Below are positions 21,944 to 33,111 of a stretch of 64,000 nucleotides of DNA, one piece after another. The stretch is from Alphaproteobacteria bacterium. Its GTDB lineage: Bacteria > Pseudomonadota > Alphaproteobacteria > MPNO01 > UBA830. A model generated the notes under the pieces. The model was not told the origin of the DNA, searched no databases, and saw only the letters and a list, made by a program, of their open reading frames with translations. Position 1 is the first letter of the stretch, and each line of letters opens with the position of its first letter. The stretch is from assembly GCA_964291215.2 (NCBI GenBank), contig OZ219791.1, forward strand, positions 1,408,001 to 1,472,000, in the 5' to 3' direction. The position numbers and the translations under genes were made by a program.

Positions 21944-23089
21944 CTACGGAGCGCGCAGGTTCGAGGGCTTGCCGTCGGCGCCGATATCGACCTCGCCATG
22001 CTCGGCAACGGCGACCTGAACGCGGCGCCATTCGTCATGATAGATGGCGTTGGAGCCGCGGAACCCGGGGATCACGTAGCGCGCGAAAAGCTCGAGCGAC
22101 CGCTTCAGCTTGTCGGTGTGCGCCCATTCGTGGGTGGTCAGCATCACGCCACCGAAGGGGCCGTTCTCGACAATCTTGTTCTCGATCCAGCGCACGGCAT
22201 CGTCCGGCGTGCCAATGCACCAGTCGCGCCGGTCGGCGCAGGACTGCGCCGTGAATTCCGAGACAGGCTGGCCGGGATAAGCCTCGTACAGGGGCTTGAG
22301 TCCGATCGACGCGAAATACTCGGTCTCGCGAAGAATTCCGGCTTCGACATCCTTCCATGCCTCGTCGCGGCTTTCCGCCAGGTAGAACGAGGTCACGAGG
22401 CTCCAGCTGTCGCGGTCGGCCGCGCGCCCATGGCGTGCGTACGCCGCCTCAAGATCCTGCCAGAATCCCGCGAAACTGCCGCCGCCCGGCCGATTACGGC
22501 CGCACGGGGTCCAGACCTCCATGCCGTGCCGTGCCGCGAGATCGATATTGCCGGCGCTTCCGCTCGTCGGCAGCGCCAGCGGCAGCCGCGGCTGCTGGTA
22601 CGAGCGGAGCTGGAGGCGCATGTCCTCGAACTGCCAGAACTCACCGCTGTGATCGAACGGTTCCTCGGATTCGAGAAGCCGCACGATGATGTCGGCAGCC
22701 TCGTTGAGCATCGGATAGAGCTTGTTGTTGCCGAGGCGGAACAGCTTCTTGTCGGTGATCAGGTTGCTCGGGCCGATCCCGAGCACGGCGCGGCCGCGGG
22801 TCAGGTGATCGAGAAATGCAATGCGCTCTGCGACATGGAACGGATGGTGGAACGGCAGGTTGATGACCGACGTGCCGAGGCGGATGCGGCTTGTCCGGGC
22901 CGCCGCCATCGAAAGCGCCATCTCGGGCGCAGGCATGGTCTCCCAGCCTCCGGAATGATGCTCGCCGATGAAGAAGCCGTCATAGTCGAGATCCTCGACG
23001 AACGGTATCAGGTCGATGTCGCGATGAAACGCCAGCGTCGGGTTCTCCGCCGGATGATGCACGGGCATCATGAAGAAGGAAAATTTCAT
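21944..23089 (-). CDS. LLM-class flavin-dependent monooxygenase
   Basis: IGEHH, RLGTSVINLPFHHPFHVAERIAFLDHLTRGR, SLELFARYVIP. Confidence 0.93.
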   Translation of the reverse strand: MKFSFFMMPVHHPAENPTLAFHRDIDLIPFVEDLDYDGFFIGEHHSGGWETMPAPEMALSMAAARTSRIRLGTSVINLPFHHPFHVAERIAFLDHLTRGRAVLGIGPSNLITDKKLFRLGNNKLYPMLNEAADIIVRLLESEEPFDHSGEFWQFEDMRLQLRSYQQPRLPLALPTSGSAGNIDLAARHGMEVWTPCGRNRPGGGSFAGFWQDLEAAYARHGRAADRDSWSLVTSFYLAESRDEAWKDVEAGILRETEYFASIGLKPLYEAYPGQPVSEFTAQSCADRRDWCIGTPDDAVRWIENKIVENGPFGGVMLTTHEWAHTDKLKRSLELFARYVIPGFRGSNAIYHDEWRRVQVAVAEHGEVDIGADGKPSNLRAP

Positions 23090-23164
23090 GTCGTTCCCAT
23101 TGCCGTTTCCGCAACGTTCCGGTCAGATGGCAAGGAAGCGCGCAGCACCGGACGGCAGGCCCGT

Positions 23165-24394
23165 CTATCCCCAGGGCCCCAGGAACTGCTCGCCGGTGAA
23201 GCTGTCGGAAAGCGGTTCGAGGGTTTCAGGCCAAGCGCCGTTGTCCGTCCGGCGGCGCTGGTCCGCAGGCCGGGGGCGGCCGTCCCAGCCGATCTGCTCC
23301 ATGTAGTAGTAGAGTTCGACGACATGACCGTCGGGGTCGATGGCGAAGGCCGAGTAGTCGATTCCCGTCGAGAGCGCGGGCGGAAGGTAGCGGATCTCCA
23401 CGCCGTTGCGTTCGAGAAAGGCTATCGCGTCCCGAAGCTGGGCGTAATCGTTGACCCGCACCCCGAACGACATGCACGAGGACCAGTCGGTCAGTCCGAG
23501 TTCCTCCCTGAGTTCCATCGGATACAGTGCAAGCGCGTGATGCTCGGTGCCGCAGCGCAGGAAATGGCACTCCCTGCCCTGCCAGACGACGGTCTCCGTC
23601 AGGGTCAGGCCGAGCCGGTCGCGATAAAACGCCAGCGCATTTCCGGGTCGTTCCGTGAACAGCCGCACCGGGCCGATGCCGGTAATCTTGAACGGGCGCG
23701 GCAGCCGGATGCCGCCGACGTCATATTCCGCGGTGCCGAGTTCGAGGGAGTTGGTGCCGGAACCAAGATCGACCTGCCGCTTGCGCGCATTCTCGACCTC
23801 TTCGGCCTCGCGTATCCAGGGCAGTTCGGGGGCCGTGGTGAATTCCCGGTCGAAGAGCTCGCGCGGTTTCGACAACCCGTCCCATCCGACCTGCTCGATA
23901 CCGTAGAAGAGTTCGTTTATGTGTCCGTCGGGATCGATGGGATAGACGTGCCAGTTGGATCCGGGGACGTCGCGTCCGGTACGGTGGTAGTCCACGCCGG
24001 TCTCGCCGAACCAGTCGGTCGCGTTGCGGACTTCCCGCGGGCTCCCGACCTGCCAGGTGATCTGGTTTATGGTAACATCGTCGGCCATGCGTTTGTCGTA
24101 ATCGATGGCCTTGCGCACCCGGTAGGGAAACAGCACGAAGGCATGGTGATCGGTGCCGTAACGCATGAAATATCCGTGCGTGTCGCCGAGGCCTTCGAGT
24201 TCCGCCGGATCGCGGGCGCGGGCGCCAATGTCGAGCGTATCGGTGACCTGGAATCCGAGGAGGTCGCGGTAGAAGCTGAGGGATTTCTCCATGTCGCGTC
24301 CGTAGAACCCGAAATGCCCCAGCCGGCGCAGCCGGAACGGCCGCTCCAGCGTCAGGCCGCCAACATCGAACCTTTTATTTGTGGACTCCACCAT
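23165..24394 (-). CDS. Multi-module VOC family protein (extradiol dioxygenase-like)
   Basis: RRLGHFG, GTDHHAF, DPDGHINELFY; second half GTEHHAL, DPDGHVVELYY. Confidence 0.88.
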   Translation of the reverse strand: MVESTNKRFDVGGLTLERPFRLRRLGHFGFYGRDMEKSLSFYRDLLGFQVTDTLDIGARARDPAELEGLGDTHGYFMRYGTDHHAFVLFPYRVRKAIDYDKRMADDVTINQITWQVGSPREVRNATDWFGETGVDYHRTGRDVPGSNWHVYPIDPDGHINELFYGIEQVGWDGLSKPRELFDREFTTAPELPWIREAEEVENARKRQVDLGSGTNSLELGTAEYDVGGIRLPRPFKITGIGPVRLFTERPGNALAFYRDRLGLTLTETVVWQGRECHFLRCGTEHHALALYPMELREELGLTDWSSCMSFGVRVNDYAQLRDAIAFLERNGVEIRYLPPALSTGIDYSAFAIDPDGHVVELYYYMEQIGWDGRPRPADQRRRTDNGAWPETLEPLSDSFTGEQFLGPWG

Positions 24395-24646
24395 GGGTGT
24401 TATCTCCCGTTCAACGTGAACACTATACGGAACGCGCCGTTTTGCCGCTAGCGGCCAGGTCCCGCCCGGAGCGACAGCCAAGGCCGAGCCTGAAGCGCAG
24501 ATTGCCGGAATGACGGGCGGGATTAACTCCGACACTCTCACAGTCGTCAATGGCGACACTGCCGCAGCGCTGCGCGCGCATCTGCAAGCCTCCACAGACT
24601 ATTGCCGTTGCCGGTCCGACTGACCGCGCCCGGTAGGGAGATACCC

Positions 24647-25533
24647 ATGGAATACCCTCTCACCTTCATGTCCGACGGCCTCAAGCTGGCCGGCATCCTC
24701 CACGTGCCGGAAGGACGCGAACCCGGGCAGCGTCTGCCGACCTTCATCGTCCTGCACGGCTTCGTCGGAACCAAGGACAAGTCCCATGTCGAACTCGTCG
24801 CGCGAATGCTCGACGAGATGGGCTACTGCGTCTTCCGCATCGATTTTTGCGGTTGCGGCGAGAGCGAAGGCGCGCGCGGCGAGGTCCGCTGCTTCGACCA
24901 GGTGGTCGACACCAAGAACGCCCTGACCTTCATCGCCGGACGCGAAGAGGTGGATCCCGACCGGATCGGAGTTATCGGGCACAGCTTCGGTGCGGCGGTG
25001 GCGATCTTCGCCGTCGTGATCGACGAGCGTATCGCCGTCGTGATCTCGCTTTGCGGCTGGGGCCACGGCGAACGCAAGTTCCGAGGCCAACATCCGACGC
25101 CCGAAGCCTGGCAGAAGTTCACCGGCATCCTGGAGGACGGGCGGAAGCAGAAAGCCGAGACCGGAGAGAGCATGTGGGTTTCGCGTTTCGATGTGGTGCC
25201 GATTCCCCAGAACTGCGCTCGAATCTCTCGCCAAAGGCGCAGTTCGAAGTGCCGGTGGAAACCGCGATCAGCATGTACAAGTTCCGCGCCGAAGATGTCG
25301 TGGCCGACATAGCGCCGCGACCGCTCCTCCTGTTCCACACCGCGGACGATGTGGTCACGCCGACGGAGCAGTCGATCCGCCTGTTCGAGAAGGCAGGTGC
25401 CAACGCCGAACTGATGATCCCCACCGGCGTCGCGCATTTCCCGCTGTCAGAGGAGGATGCGCCCTATACGCGCGCTCTGATCGGCGCCTGGCTCAACAAG
25501 TTCTTCCCGACCCCGCTGCGCGCACACGCATGA
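24647..25533 (+). pseudogene. Alpha/beta hydrolase with a frameshift near 25210
   Basis: LHGF, GHSFGA in one frame; RPLLLFH..DDVV, AHFP in another. Confidence 0.8.
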
Positions 25534-27155
25534 AGACCATCCCTGCACGCAACCTGCACGAGTTTGCAATTGAACTCCTGACGTAACTGCTCACCCCCTG
25601 GTTCCGGCTTGATGTCGGGGTAGAGCAACGAACGGGTTTTCGTGGAGATTTGACACTGCAGGCCGATTCGTTTAGTGGTGGTAATCGAGAACGACGGGGA
25701 CCGCCAGTGGGCTACTTTGGATCGAAGGCGACGAGCGGGCTGTGCCAGCTGCTTCCGGGGCTCCAGCCCCCGCATGATCTGTATGTGGAAACGCATCTCG
25801 GAGGCGGCGCGCTGATGAAGCGCAAGGCCGGGTGATGGCGACGGGCGGCGCGCGAGGAGTTCGAAGCGGCCAAGACCGCGGCGCTGCCGGCAAGGTGGCG
25901 GAAGAGGCCGTGATCCGCGTCTTCGTCATCCTGTTCGACATCCTCATCGTCGTCCTTCTGGAGAAGACCACGCAAGAGCCGGAACTCCGGTCTGCCGCCG
26001 TCACAGACGGACAAGAGCGTGCCGGGAGCAACGGCCCGAAGCCGAACCGGCAGATGGGCGACAACCTGTGCAAGACCATCGTCGAAGAGACGGTCGCGGC
26101 CTGCGACGCCTGCGGCGCCGACGGCCCCGTCGATTGGGAGCGCTGCATCCTCTACGACATCGTGTTCGAGGTCGTCGAGCGCCGCGCCGAGATCAAGGAA
26201 TGCCCGAAGTGCAAGGGCCGGTTCCCCGACAACATCCCGTGCAGTACGGCATCGGCATTCAGGCCCTCGTCATCAACCTACTGGTCGCCCAGATGCTATC
26301 CCTGCGCCGTGCCGTCGCGTTCGTGCAGGCGATCTCCGGCATCAAGCTCTCCGAGGCAACCTGCCTCGGCTATGCTTTCACGATGCGTCATGGGAGGAGG
26401 CCGCCGTGGCGCACCTCCTGCAACGCCCGATGTCGACGATTTCGGATCAACAGTAAGTGGCTCCATGTCGTGGGACCCTGACGTGCAAGTTCCCGCACCG
26501 CAAGCGCGGGCAAGAGATCGGCATCATCCCGTGCTACAAGGGCGTCCTGACTGCTGGACCTCGTACATGGGCTATGACCAGTGTAGCCACCAGCTGTGCG
26601 GCAGCCACCTGCTGCGCGAACTGACCTTTGTCGTCGAGGCTACCGCGCGACTGATGAAGAGCCTGCTCCGCGAGGTCTGCCACAAGATCAACAAGAGCGC
26701 ATCCAAAACCCTGAACGACGCCGGGCGCAAGCGCTACCGCACCATCAGGGCGCCAGGGAACTGCCCGACATCCCGCCGCCGCCGAAAGGAAAACGTGGAC
26801 GCAAGTCCGACGCGCACAACCTGCACGAACGTCTCGTGAAACACGAAAACCTGCGCTTCACAGACGACCCCGACGTCAGCTTCACCAACAATGCCGGAGA
26901 ACAGAAAATCAGGATGGCAAAGGTCAAGGTGTCCGGATGCTTCCGCTCCACGCAAAAGCATGGTGCCGGGGCTCAAGCTACCTCACCTCCATGGCCGCAC
27001 TCGGCTACAACCCACTCGTCGCCACCCAGATCGCCCTCGACGGAAAAGCCGCAGACATCATCAACGAGCACTATGGCCAATCAGAACCCAACTAGGGGTG
27101 AGTAGATACCTCCTGACTGCGGGAGGGTTCGCGCCGAACTTTGCCGAAGACACCG
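25530..27155 (+). pseudogene. N-terminal remnant of a possible Ldh_2-family oxidoreductase, split by IS66
   Basis: ATGA-coupled start; removing the IS and one TSD gives MKTIPARNLHEFAIELLTAGGFAPNFAEDTA, then similarity is lost. Confidence 0.5.
25583..27109 (+). mobile_element. Degenerate IS66-family element (copy C), 8-bp TSD CTCCTGAC
   Basis: GTAACTGCTCACCCC...GGGGTGAGTAGATAC; TSD at 25575-25582 and 27110-27117; colinear with copy B. Confidence 0.94.
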
Positions 27156-27217
27156 CGGCAACAGCGAATTTCATCGATCTGTCCCGCGAACAACCATCGC
27201 GAGCAAGCCGGCATCGG

Positions 27218-28472
27218 CTACCAGCAACCGCCTTTACGCGTCAAAGATGTCCGCTTGTAATCGCGCTCGGCGTCAGCATCCACAAGGATATTGCAAACGA
27301 TGACGGTGCCATCGGCAACCCCCATCAACGCCAGCCTGCCGTTCGGCGAGAAGGCGACGGCGCGCGGCGCGGCATCGTAGCGCCACTTCCGCACGGTCTG
27401 TCCGGTTGCCGCGTCGTGAAACTCGACCTCCCAGCGGTCGTCTCCCGTCAACGCCCATCGGCCGTCCGACGACAGGGCGACCGACGTCACGCGGGCGCCA
27501 ACTTGCCATTGTCCCAATACCTGTCCGGATCGGATTCGCGCAGCACGGCCTGCCAGTTTGCCGCTCCCGTGAGAACCCGCCGGCCGTCCGCGGAGAACAC
27601 GGCTGACATGAGACCCCCGGCTTCCGAGCCGGGATGATTCCATTCGTGCCGTGTCTTCCCGGTTCCAGCCTCGCCCAGCACCGCCTTGCCGTCGGCGAAG
27701 CCCGCGAGGGTCCACCGCCCTTCATGCGACCAGGCGACGGATGTCACCGGAGCTTGCGCCGCCACTTGCGGAGAATATCGAGCGTGCCCACATCGATCAG
27801 GAGGGCGACGTGTCCGGCCCCTACCAGAGCCTTGCGCCGGTCGCGTGACCGGGCGACGCCAACCATCTTGTAATCGTGCTCCCGACGATTGCCTAGGATC
27901 CGTCCTGTCTCAATGGCGCGCAGCGACGCCAGACCGCGCCGCCCCGCCATCAGGACGCGCTCCTCGCGCGGTGAAGAGGCCCCGGCCCGGTCGTCGCCGG
28001 ACCCGTGTCACCACGTCCGCACGAGGTCCCCACCCGATATCGCCCACAGCTCCGACACCGTTGTCGTCCACTGCCAATACGTGATGTCCGCTGTGCTTCA
28101 ACGCAATCGCGATGATGCAGGCGCCGTGCCGCGAGAACCTCATCGGTGCGCTGTCCGACATCGGGCGCAACGCACGATGCCGGCTCGCCCGGTCCATTGC
28201 CTTGCGCACCGCCGGAAGGGAGCGGGTACTGATCCTCTAGCCGGTTTTCAGTTTCACCGCGCGGTCGGCAGACGGGCACGCTCCACGATTTCAACGAGGT
28301 TGTCGTGCGCCTTTTTCAGGAGTCCGAATTTCTCTTCCGGTGACGGCTCAAGCTCGGCATCCCGGATGTACCCGACTGCCTCGATCAACAGACGGTTGGC
28401 CCAAGCCGTGTCATCTGCCCAAACCGGCGACACCGCCAAGCACAATATGCAGGCAAGAAAAAAGCGCTTCAC
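27218..28472 (-). pseudogene. Secreted WD40-repeat protein, multiply frameshifted
   Basis: Signal peptide VKRFFLACILCLAVSPVWA; fragments VTSVAWSHEGRWTLAG, SAVFSADGRRVLTG, VTSVALSSDGRWALTG, AVAFSPNGRLALMG in several frames. Confidence 0.82.
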
Positions 28473-28544
28473 AGCATCGTGTCCCGGTGCATGGTGCAAG
28501 GGCTTGACACCGGTCGCGGTATCCGGCGAGAAGGGCGGGGTGCT

Positions 28545-28770
28545 CAGGCTGCAGCATCGGACAGCCTGATCGTCCGATTATCGGTCATGGAAGCGATCGG
28601 TTCCAACGTCATGCGCCGCCTTTCGACGACCTACTCGTCGTTCTGCTCAAGGAGGATGGCCCCGACAAGGTGGATAATGGTCTCTTCGTTGGGGAAGATA
28701 CCGACGGCGCTGGTGCGTCGGTTGATCTCGGCGTGGAGATGTTCGGCAGCTGATGTCTACGATATGACCG
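28545..28770 (-). mobile_element. IS256-family transposase C-terminal remnant (different subfamily from 54511 copy)
   Basis: LHAEINRRTSAVGIFPNEETIIHLVGAILLEQNDE*. Confidence 0.8.
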
Positions 28771-28975
28771 GCCTCGCGGCATGGTCTTTCGGCGATCCTG
28801 GCCGCCACCCAAACGGCGCCTGCCCGCCGGGCGAGGCCGACCCCTTTCAGGTAATTCTTGTAGCAGGCGCAACTCCGGCGCGGCGTCTGACCGGGGTCGA
28901 TCGTCTGCCTCTTTCGATTGCCGCGCTGGCCGGTCCCTGCCAGCTTCCGGAAACCGGGCGACAGGTTGGACGCTG

Positions 28976-30613
28976 TCAGACATCCTCGTCCGGCTGCAAC
29001 GGAGCCGTGCCGAGAATGTGATCGCTCACCTTCTCGGCAATCAGCAGAACCGCCGCGTTGATGTTTCCGGAAACCAGGTCGGGCATTGACGACGCGTCCA
29101 CCACCCGAAGGTTCTCTGCCCCGCGAACCCGGCATTCCGGATCGAGCACCGCACGCTCGCCGGTGCCCATCGGGGTCGTGCAGGAGGGGTGATGCGCGGT
29201 GACCACCGTGCGCCGTATCCACGCGCCGATCTCGTCATCCGTCTTCACGTCCGCGCCGGGGGTGGTCTCGGTTCCCCGGAACGAATCGAGCGCCGGCTGG
29301 TGCAGCAGTTCGCGCGCAATCCTGACGCCGTTGCGCAGGGTGACGAGATCTTCCGGCGCGGCGAGGAAGTTCTGGATGATGCGCACCTTGTCCATCGGGT
29401 TCGCCGACCTCAGCAGCACCTCGCCCCGGCTCTCCGGGTGCAACAGTACCGGCCGCAACCCGAAACCGTCCTCGTATGGCGGCCTGATGCCCGGGAACCA
29501 CAGATGGGCATCCGGCGGAGCGCCGCGGAACAGGAACTGGATGTCCGTCACCGCAAGCTCCGGGCATGTCTTGACGAAGCCGTGAAGCCCGCCGGGAAGG
29601 ACTGTGGCCGGCCCGGTTCCGAAGAGATGCCCCCGCACCATCGACACCGCCATGCGATCGAAGCGCATGACGCTCCGGAACGGCCCGGGAGCGGGGCGGG
29701 TGGCCATCGGCATCACGGCCAGATGGTCCTGCAGGTTCTTGCCCACGTAGGGGGAATCGATCACCATATCGATGTCGACCTCAGACAGGTGGTCGGCTGG
29801 ACCGATCCCCGAGAGCATCAGGAGCTGCGGGGAGTTGAAAACGCCTCCCGACAAGATGACTTCCCGCGCCGCATGGGCCGTCCGGGTCTCGTTGCCGCGA
29901 ACGAATTCGACGCCGGTGGCTCGCCTGCCGTCCATGATCACGCGGGTCGCGTGCGCGTTCGTCAGCACCGTGACGTTGGGGCGCTTCATCGCCGGCCTCA
30001 GGAAGGCGCGGGCCGCACTGTTGCGTTTGCCCTGGTGGATCGTCGACTGGCTGCGGCCGAGGCCTTCCTGCTTCTTCCCGTTGTAGTCATGGGTAAAGCC
30101 GATGCCGGTGGTCTCGCCGGCCTCTATCCATGCATCCCATAGCGGATCAGTGGAGCGCGCCCGCGTGGTATGGAGCGGACCGTCACCGCCACGCCACTTG
30201 TCGGCACCCTCCTCCCAGCTTTCCATGCGCCGGAAGTACGGCAGCACGTCGGCATAGGACCATCCGATAGCGCCCTTCTGCGCCCAGCGGTCATAGTCGC
30301 CACGGTGGCCGCGCACGTAGGCCATCACGTTAATCGAGGACGAACCGCCAAGCACCTTGCCGCGCATCGCCTCGACGACGCGATTGTCGATATGGGCTTC
30401 CGGTTCGGTGTCCAGACCCCAGTCGTGCGCCCTCTTGTCGTGCATCCGCCCCATGCCGAGAGGAATGTGGATCAGCGGATCGGTATCGGGGCCGCCAGCT
30501 TCCAGGACCAGCACGCGGACATCGCGCTCGGCGCTCAGCCGGTATGCCAGAACGCAGCCGGCGCTCCCTGCGCCGACGACGATATAGTCGTACTCGTTCC
30601 GCTCGCCCGTCAT
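28976..30613 (-). CDS. GMC oxidoreductase (choline dehydrogenase-like)
   Basis: DYIVVGAGSAGC, RGKVLGGSSSIN, VGKNLQDH, VVDASSMP. Confidence 0.95.
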   Translation of the reverse strand: MTGERNEYDYIVVGAGSAGCVLAYRLSAERDVRVLVLEAGGPDTDPLIHIPLGMGRMHDKRAHDWGLDTEPEAHIDNRVVEAMRGKVLGGSSSINVMAYVRGHRGDYDRWAQKGAIGWSYADVLPYFRRMESWEEGADKWRGGDGPLHTTRARSTDPLWDAWIEAGETTGIGFTHDYNGKKQEGLGRSQSTIHQGKRNSAARAFLRPAMKRPNVTVLTNAHATRVIMDGRRATGVEFVRGNETRTAHAAREVILSGGVFNSPQLLMLSGIGPADHLSEVDIDMVIDSPYVGKNLQDHLAVMPMATRPAPGPFRSVMRFDRMAVSMVRGHLFGTGPATVLPGGLHGFVKTCPELAVTDIQFLFRGAPPDAHLWFPGIRPPYEDGFGLRPVLLHPESRGEVLLRSANPMDKVRIIQNFLAAPEDLVTLRNGVRIARELLHQPALDSFRGTETTPGADVKTDDEIGAWIRRTVVTAHHPSCTTPMGTGERAVLDPECRVRGAENLRVVDASSMPDLVSGNINAAVLLIAEKVSDHILGTAPLQPDEDV

Positions 30614-30908
30614 GTTGCGGTTTCCTCCATGCGCCGGTGTTCTCCGGCCATCAGTTTCTGCGAGCCGTCGGCACGAATCCCGATCAGGACCACCCGAGCC
30701 AGCCCGTAGCACCCTGTCCCGACCCGTTACACCAGCAGCGGCAAAAGATTGGGATCACGGTAAGACAAGCGGCAGGGAGCCGCGCTGTTCCGGTTATAGA
30801 TTCGACACCGGCCGGGAAAGTAACTGCGGCGCCGGAGAAGACCGGCGGAGACCCGGTCGCGCCATCCGGGGCCCAAGACCCCGGCGTACCGAGACTTCCG
30901 CTGTGGTC

Positions 30909-30985
30909 TGGTAGCGGGGGAGGGACTCGAACCCCCGACACGCGGATTATGATTCCGCTGCTCTAACCAGCTGAGCTACCCCGCC
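30909..30985 (-). tRNA. tRNA-Met (CAT), elongator type
   Basis: GGCGGGGTAGCTCAGCTGGTTAGAGCAGCGGAATCATAATCCGCGTGTCGGGGGTTCGAGTCCCTCCCCCGCTACCA; 77 nt, encoded CCA, paired first position. Confidence 0.95.
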
Positions 30986-31158
30986 AAACGCGACCGGTAT
31001 ATGAACGATGGAACCACCCCCGTCAAGCCTGTCAGCGCCGCCAGCGTAATCGGCCGTGGCAGGAACGATCACGCAAGGATCGGCTGGCACAGAACATGGT
31101 GCGGCAGGCCTGTAGCGGGTACAAACACCCGGGAACGAAATCGCATCGGAGAGCGGTC

Positions 31159-31905
31159 ATGGCTAGAAACAGAGAGGCGCTGAGCCTTGCGGTGCTGATC
31201 GACGCCGACAACACGAGCGCACGCTATGCGCAGGCGATCTTCGAGGAGATCGTCAAGCTCGGCGAAGCCGATGTGCGCCGAATATACGGGGACTTCTCGG
31301 GTACTCAGCTCGGCAACTGGGACAAGGCCATCCAGTCGCTTGCGATCCTTCAGCACCAGCAGCGGAGCAACTCCAAGGGCAAGAACGCGGCGGACATCGC
31401 GCTGGTCATCGACGCGATGGACCTGCTCTACAAGAACAATCTCGACGGCGTGTGCCTGGTCTCGAGCGACAGCGATTTCACGCGCCTCGCGCAACGGCTC
31501 CGCGAGGAAGGCCTCACGGTCTACGGCTTCGGCGAACGTAAGACGCCAGAGGCGTTCCGCAACGCCTGCAGCAGGTTCATATATCTCGAGAACCTTCTGG
31601 ATTCCGGCACCGAGAAGGAGAACGGCACGACTGCCTCTGCAAAGGCGGAAAAGAAGGAATCGCCATCAAAGGCGGTGAAGCTCATCGCGAAGGCGATCGA
31701 GGATGCGGACGAGGACGGTTGGGCGAACCTTGGCAGCGTCGGCACCCGGCTCCTCGCCGCGGCGCCGGACTTCGATTCCAGAACCTATGGCTGTTCCAAC
31801 CTGAGCACGCTGGTCGAGAAGTCCGGCGGGTTCGAAATCCGCAGGGAACCCGACAAGGACGTGCATATCCGCCGCAAGGTGGTCAAGCGCAGGGCTAGGA
31901 AGTAG
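31159..31905 (+). CDS. NYN (LabA/DUF88) PIN-like nuclease with C-terminal OST-HTH/LOTUS domain
   Basis: LIDADN, GKNAADIALVIDAMD, VSSDSDF, FDSRTYG. Confidence 0.93.
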   Translation: MARNREALSLAVLIDADNTSARYAQAIFEEIVKLGEADVRRIYGDFSGTQLGNWDKAIQSLAILQHQQRSNSKGKNAADIALVIDAMDLLYKNNLDGVCLVSSDSDFTRLAQRLREEGLTVYGFGERKTPEAFRNACSRFIYLENLLDSGTEKENGTTASAKAEKKESPSKAVKLIAKAIEDADEDGWANLGSVGTRLLAAAPDFDSRTYGCSNLSTLVEKSGGFEIRREPDKDVHIRRKVVKRRARK

Positions 31906-31939
31906 TCCTCAGGCACCGAAGACAAGTAGAACCTGGGCG

Positions 31940-32105
31940 GTAACTGCTCACCCCCTGGTTCCGGCTTGATGTCGGGGTAGAGCAACGAACGGGTTTTCGT
32001 GGAGATTTGACACTGCAGGCCGATTCGTTTAGTGGTGGTTATCGAGAACGACGAGGACCGCCAGTGGGCTACTTTGGATCAAAGGCGACGAGCGGGCTGT
32101 GCCAG
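31940..32105 (+). mobile_element. Left-end fragment of the IS66 element (copy D), truncated by IS256
   Basis: GTAACTGCTCACCCCCTGG...GGGCTGTGCCAG followed directly by an IS256 end. Confidence 0.9.
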
Positions 32106-32556
32106 CGATTACGCAACCTGATGTCTGGAAATTGTCGTGAAGCTCTCAGTCATCGAGCTGTTCCCATTTGATCTTGGTTTCGGTTTCCCATTTTTCGTCG
32201 ATGAGGACTGCGGTTGAGAGGCGCTCCAACGAGGCGAGGTTCGGAAAGACCCTGACTTTGGAGGTGCGCCGCTTGAGTTCTTGCTGGATCGGTCGCTCGA
32301 TGCCGTTCGAGGTTCGCATACGCTTGCGGTGAGCATCGGGCAAGATGAAGACAGCGAGCCCCGCATTGTTTTCCAGCTAGGAAGCCTGGATGCTTGTCTC
32401 GATAGCTGGCCACGAGGGCGGCCAGTTCAACCTCGGCGGTTTGGAGTGAGGAGGCGTGGCTCCGAGCTGTTTTCCAATACGTTTCCTGATGTCGTTGTTC
32501 GATGCACGGCGTTTTGTGCCAGGTGGAACTGGCAGCGCTGCCATGTCGCCGCGCCC
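32106..32556 (-). mobile_element. IS256 3' fragment
   Basis: Matches 54511-54971; RMRTSNGIERPIQQELKRRTSKVRVFPN. Confidence 0.9.
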
Positions 32557-32726
32557 GGCGCTGCGCCGCCCAGGCATCCAGATCCCGGCGGCGATAGCGC
32601 ACCCGGTTGCCGAACCGGTGGAAGTCCGGCCCGCCCCCGCTCACCCGGTAGCCCTCCAGCGTGCGGGGCGAGAGCCCGAGCCGCCGCATGCCGCGTGTCC
32701 ATGAATTCCGGTTCGATCGCGCCCAT
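32557..32726 (-). pseudogene. Excisionase-like helix-turn-helix protein, frameshifted and truncated
   Basis: GGAGGAG RBS; MGAIEPEFMDTRHAA / LGLSPRTLEGYRVSGGGPDFHRFGNRVRYRRRDLDAWAAQR. Confidence 0.85.
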
Positions 32727-33111
32727 CCCGCTCTCCTCCAGGTCCTTCCCGGCGCCGCCCGCAGCGGCCCGGCGCCACTCTGGAGACCGCCGCCCTGCCT
32801 TGCAAAGGAATCGGTTAGGGGATTTCCATCGCCCCGGACATGCGCGCCAGCCCTGCCCCGGACCGCGGACATGCCGGATGCGCGCCCCCTCGTCTGGCTG
32901 CCCGCGCGGGGCTGGGCAAGGGCGCTGCGAGGAATGCGCGTGTTTGCCATGATCGGCGAAACGTTTGCCGATGGCAGGATGTCCGGCTGCCGGGCTGTCG
33001 GGCACGGCGCGTGTTGAAACCGGCCTGCGGATGGGTTATGGATTGCACCGGCGGGTTCGCTGCGGTCCTGCGGGCGCGGCGGCTTGGAATCAGGGACGGG
33101 AGGATTAGATC

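Noticed and set aside
30909-30985. tRNA-Met as an island integration site
   Set aside because: No duplicated 3' end or intact integrase found; the 3' flank leads into an ordinary GMC gene.
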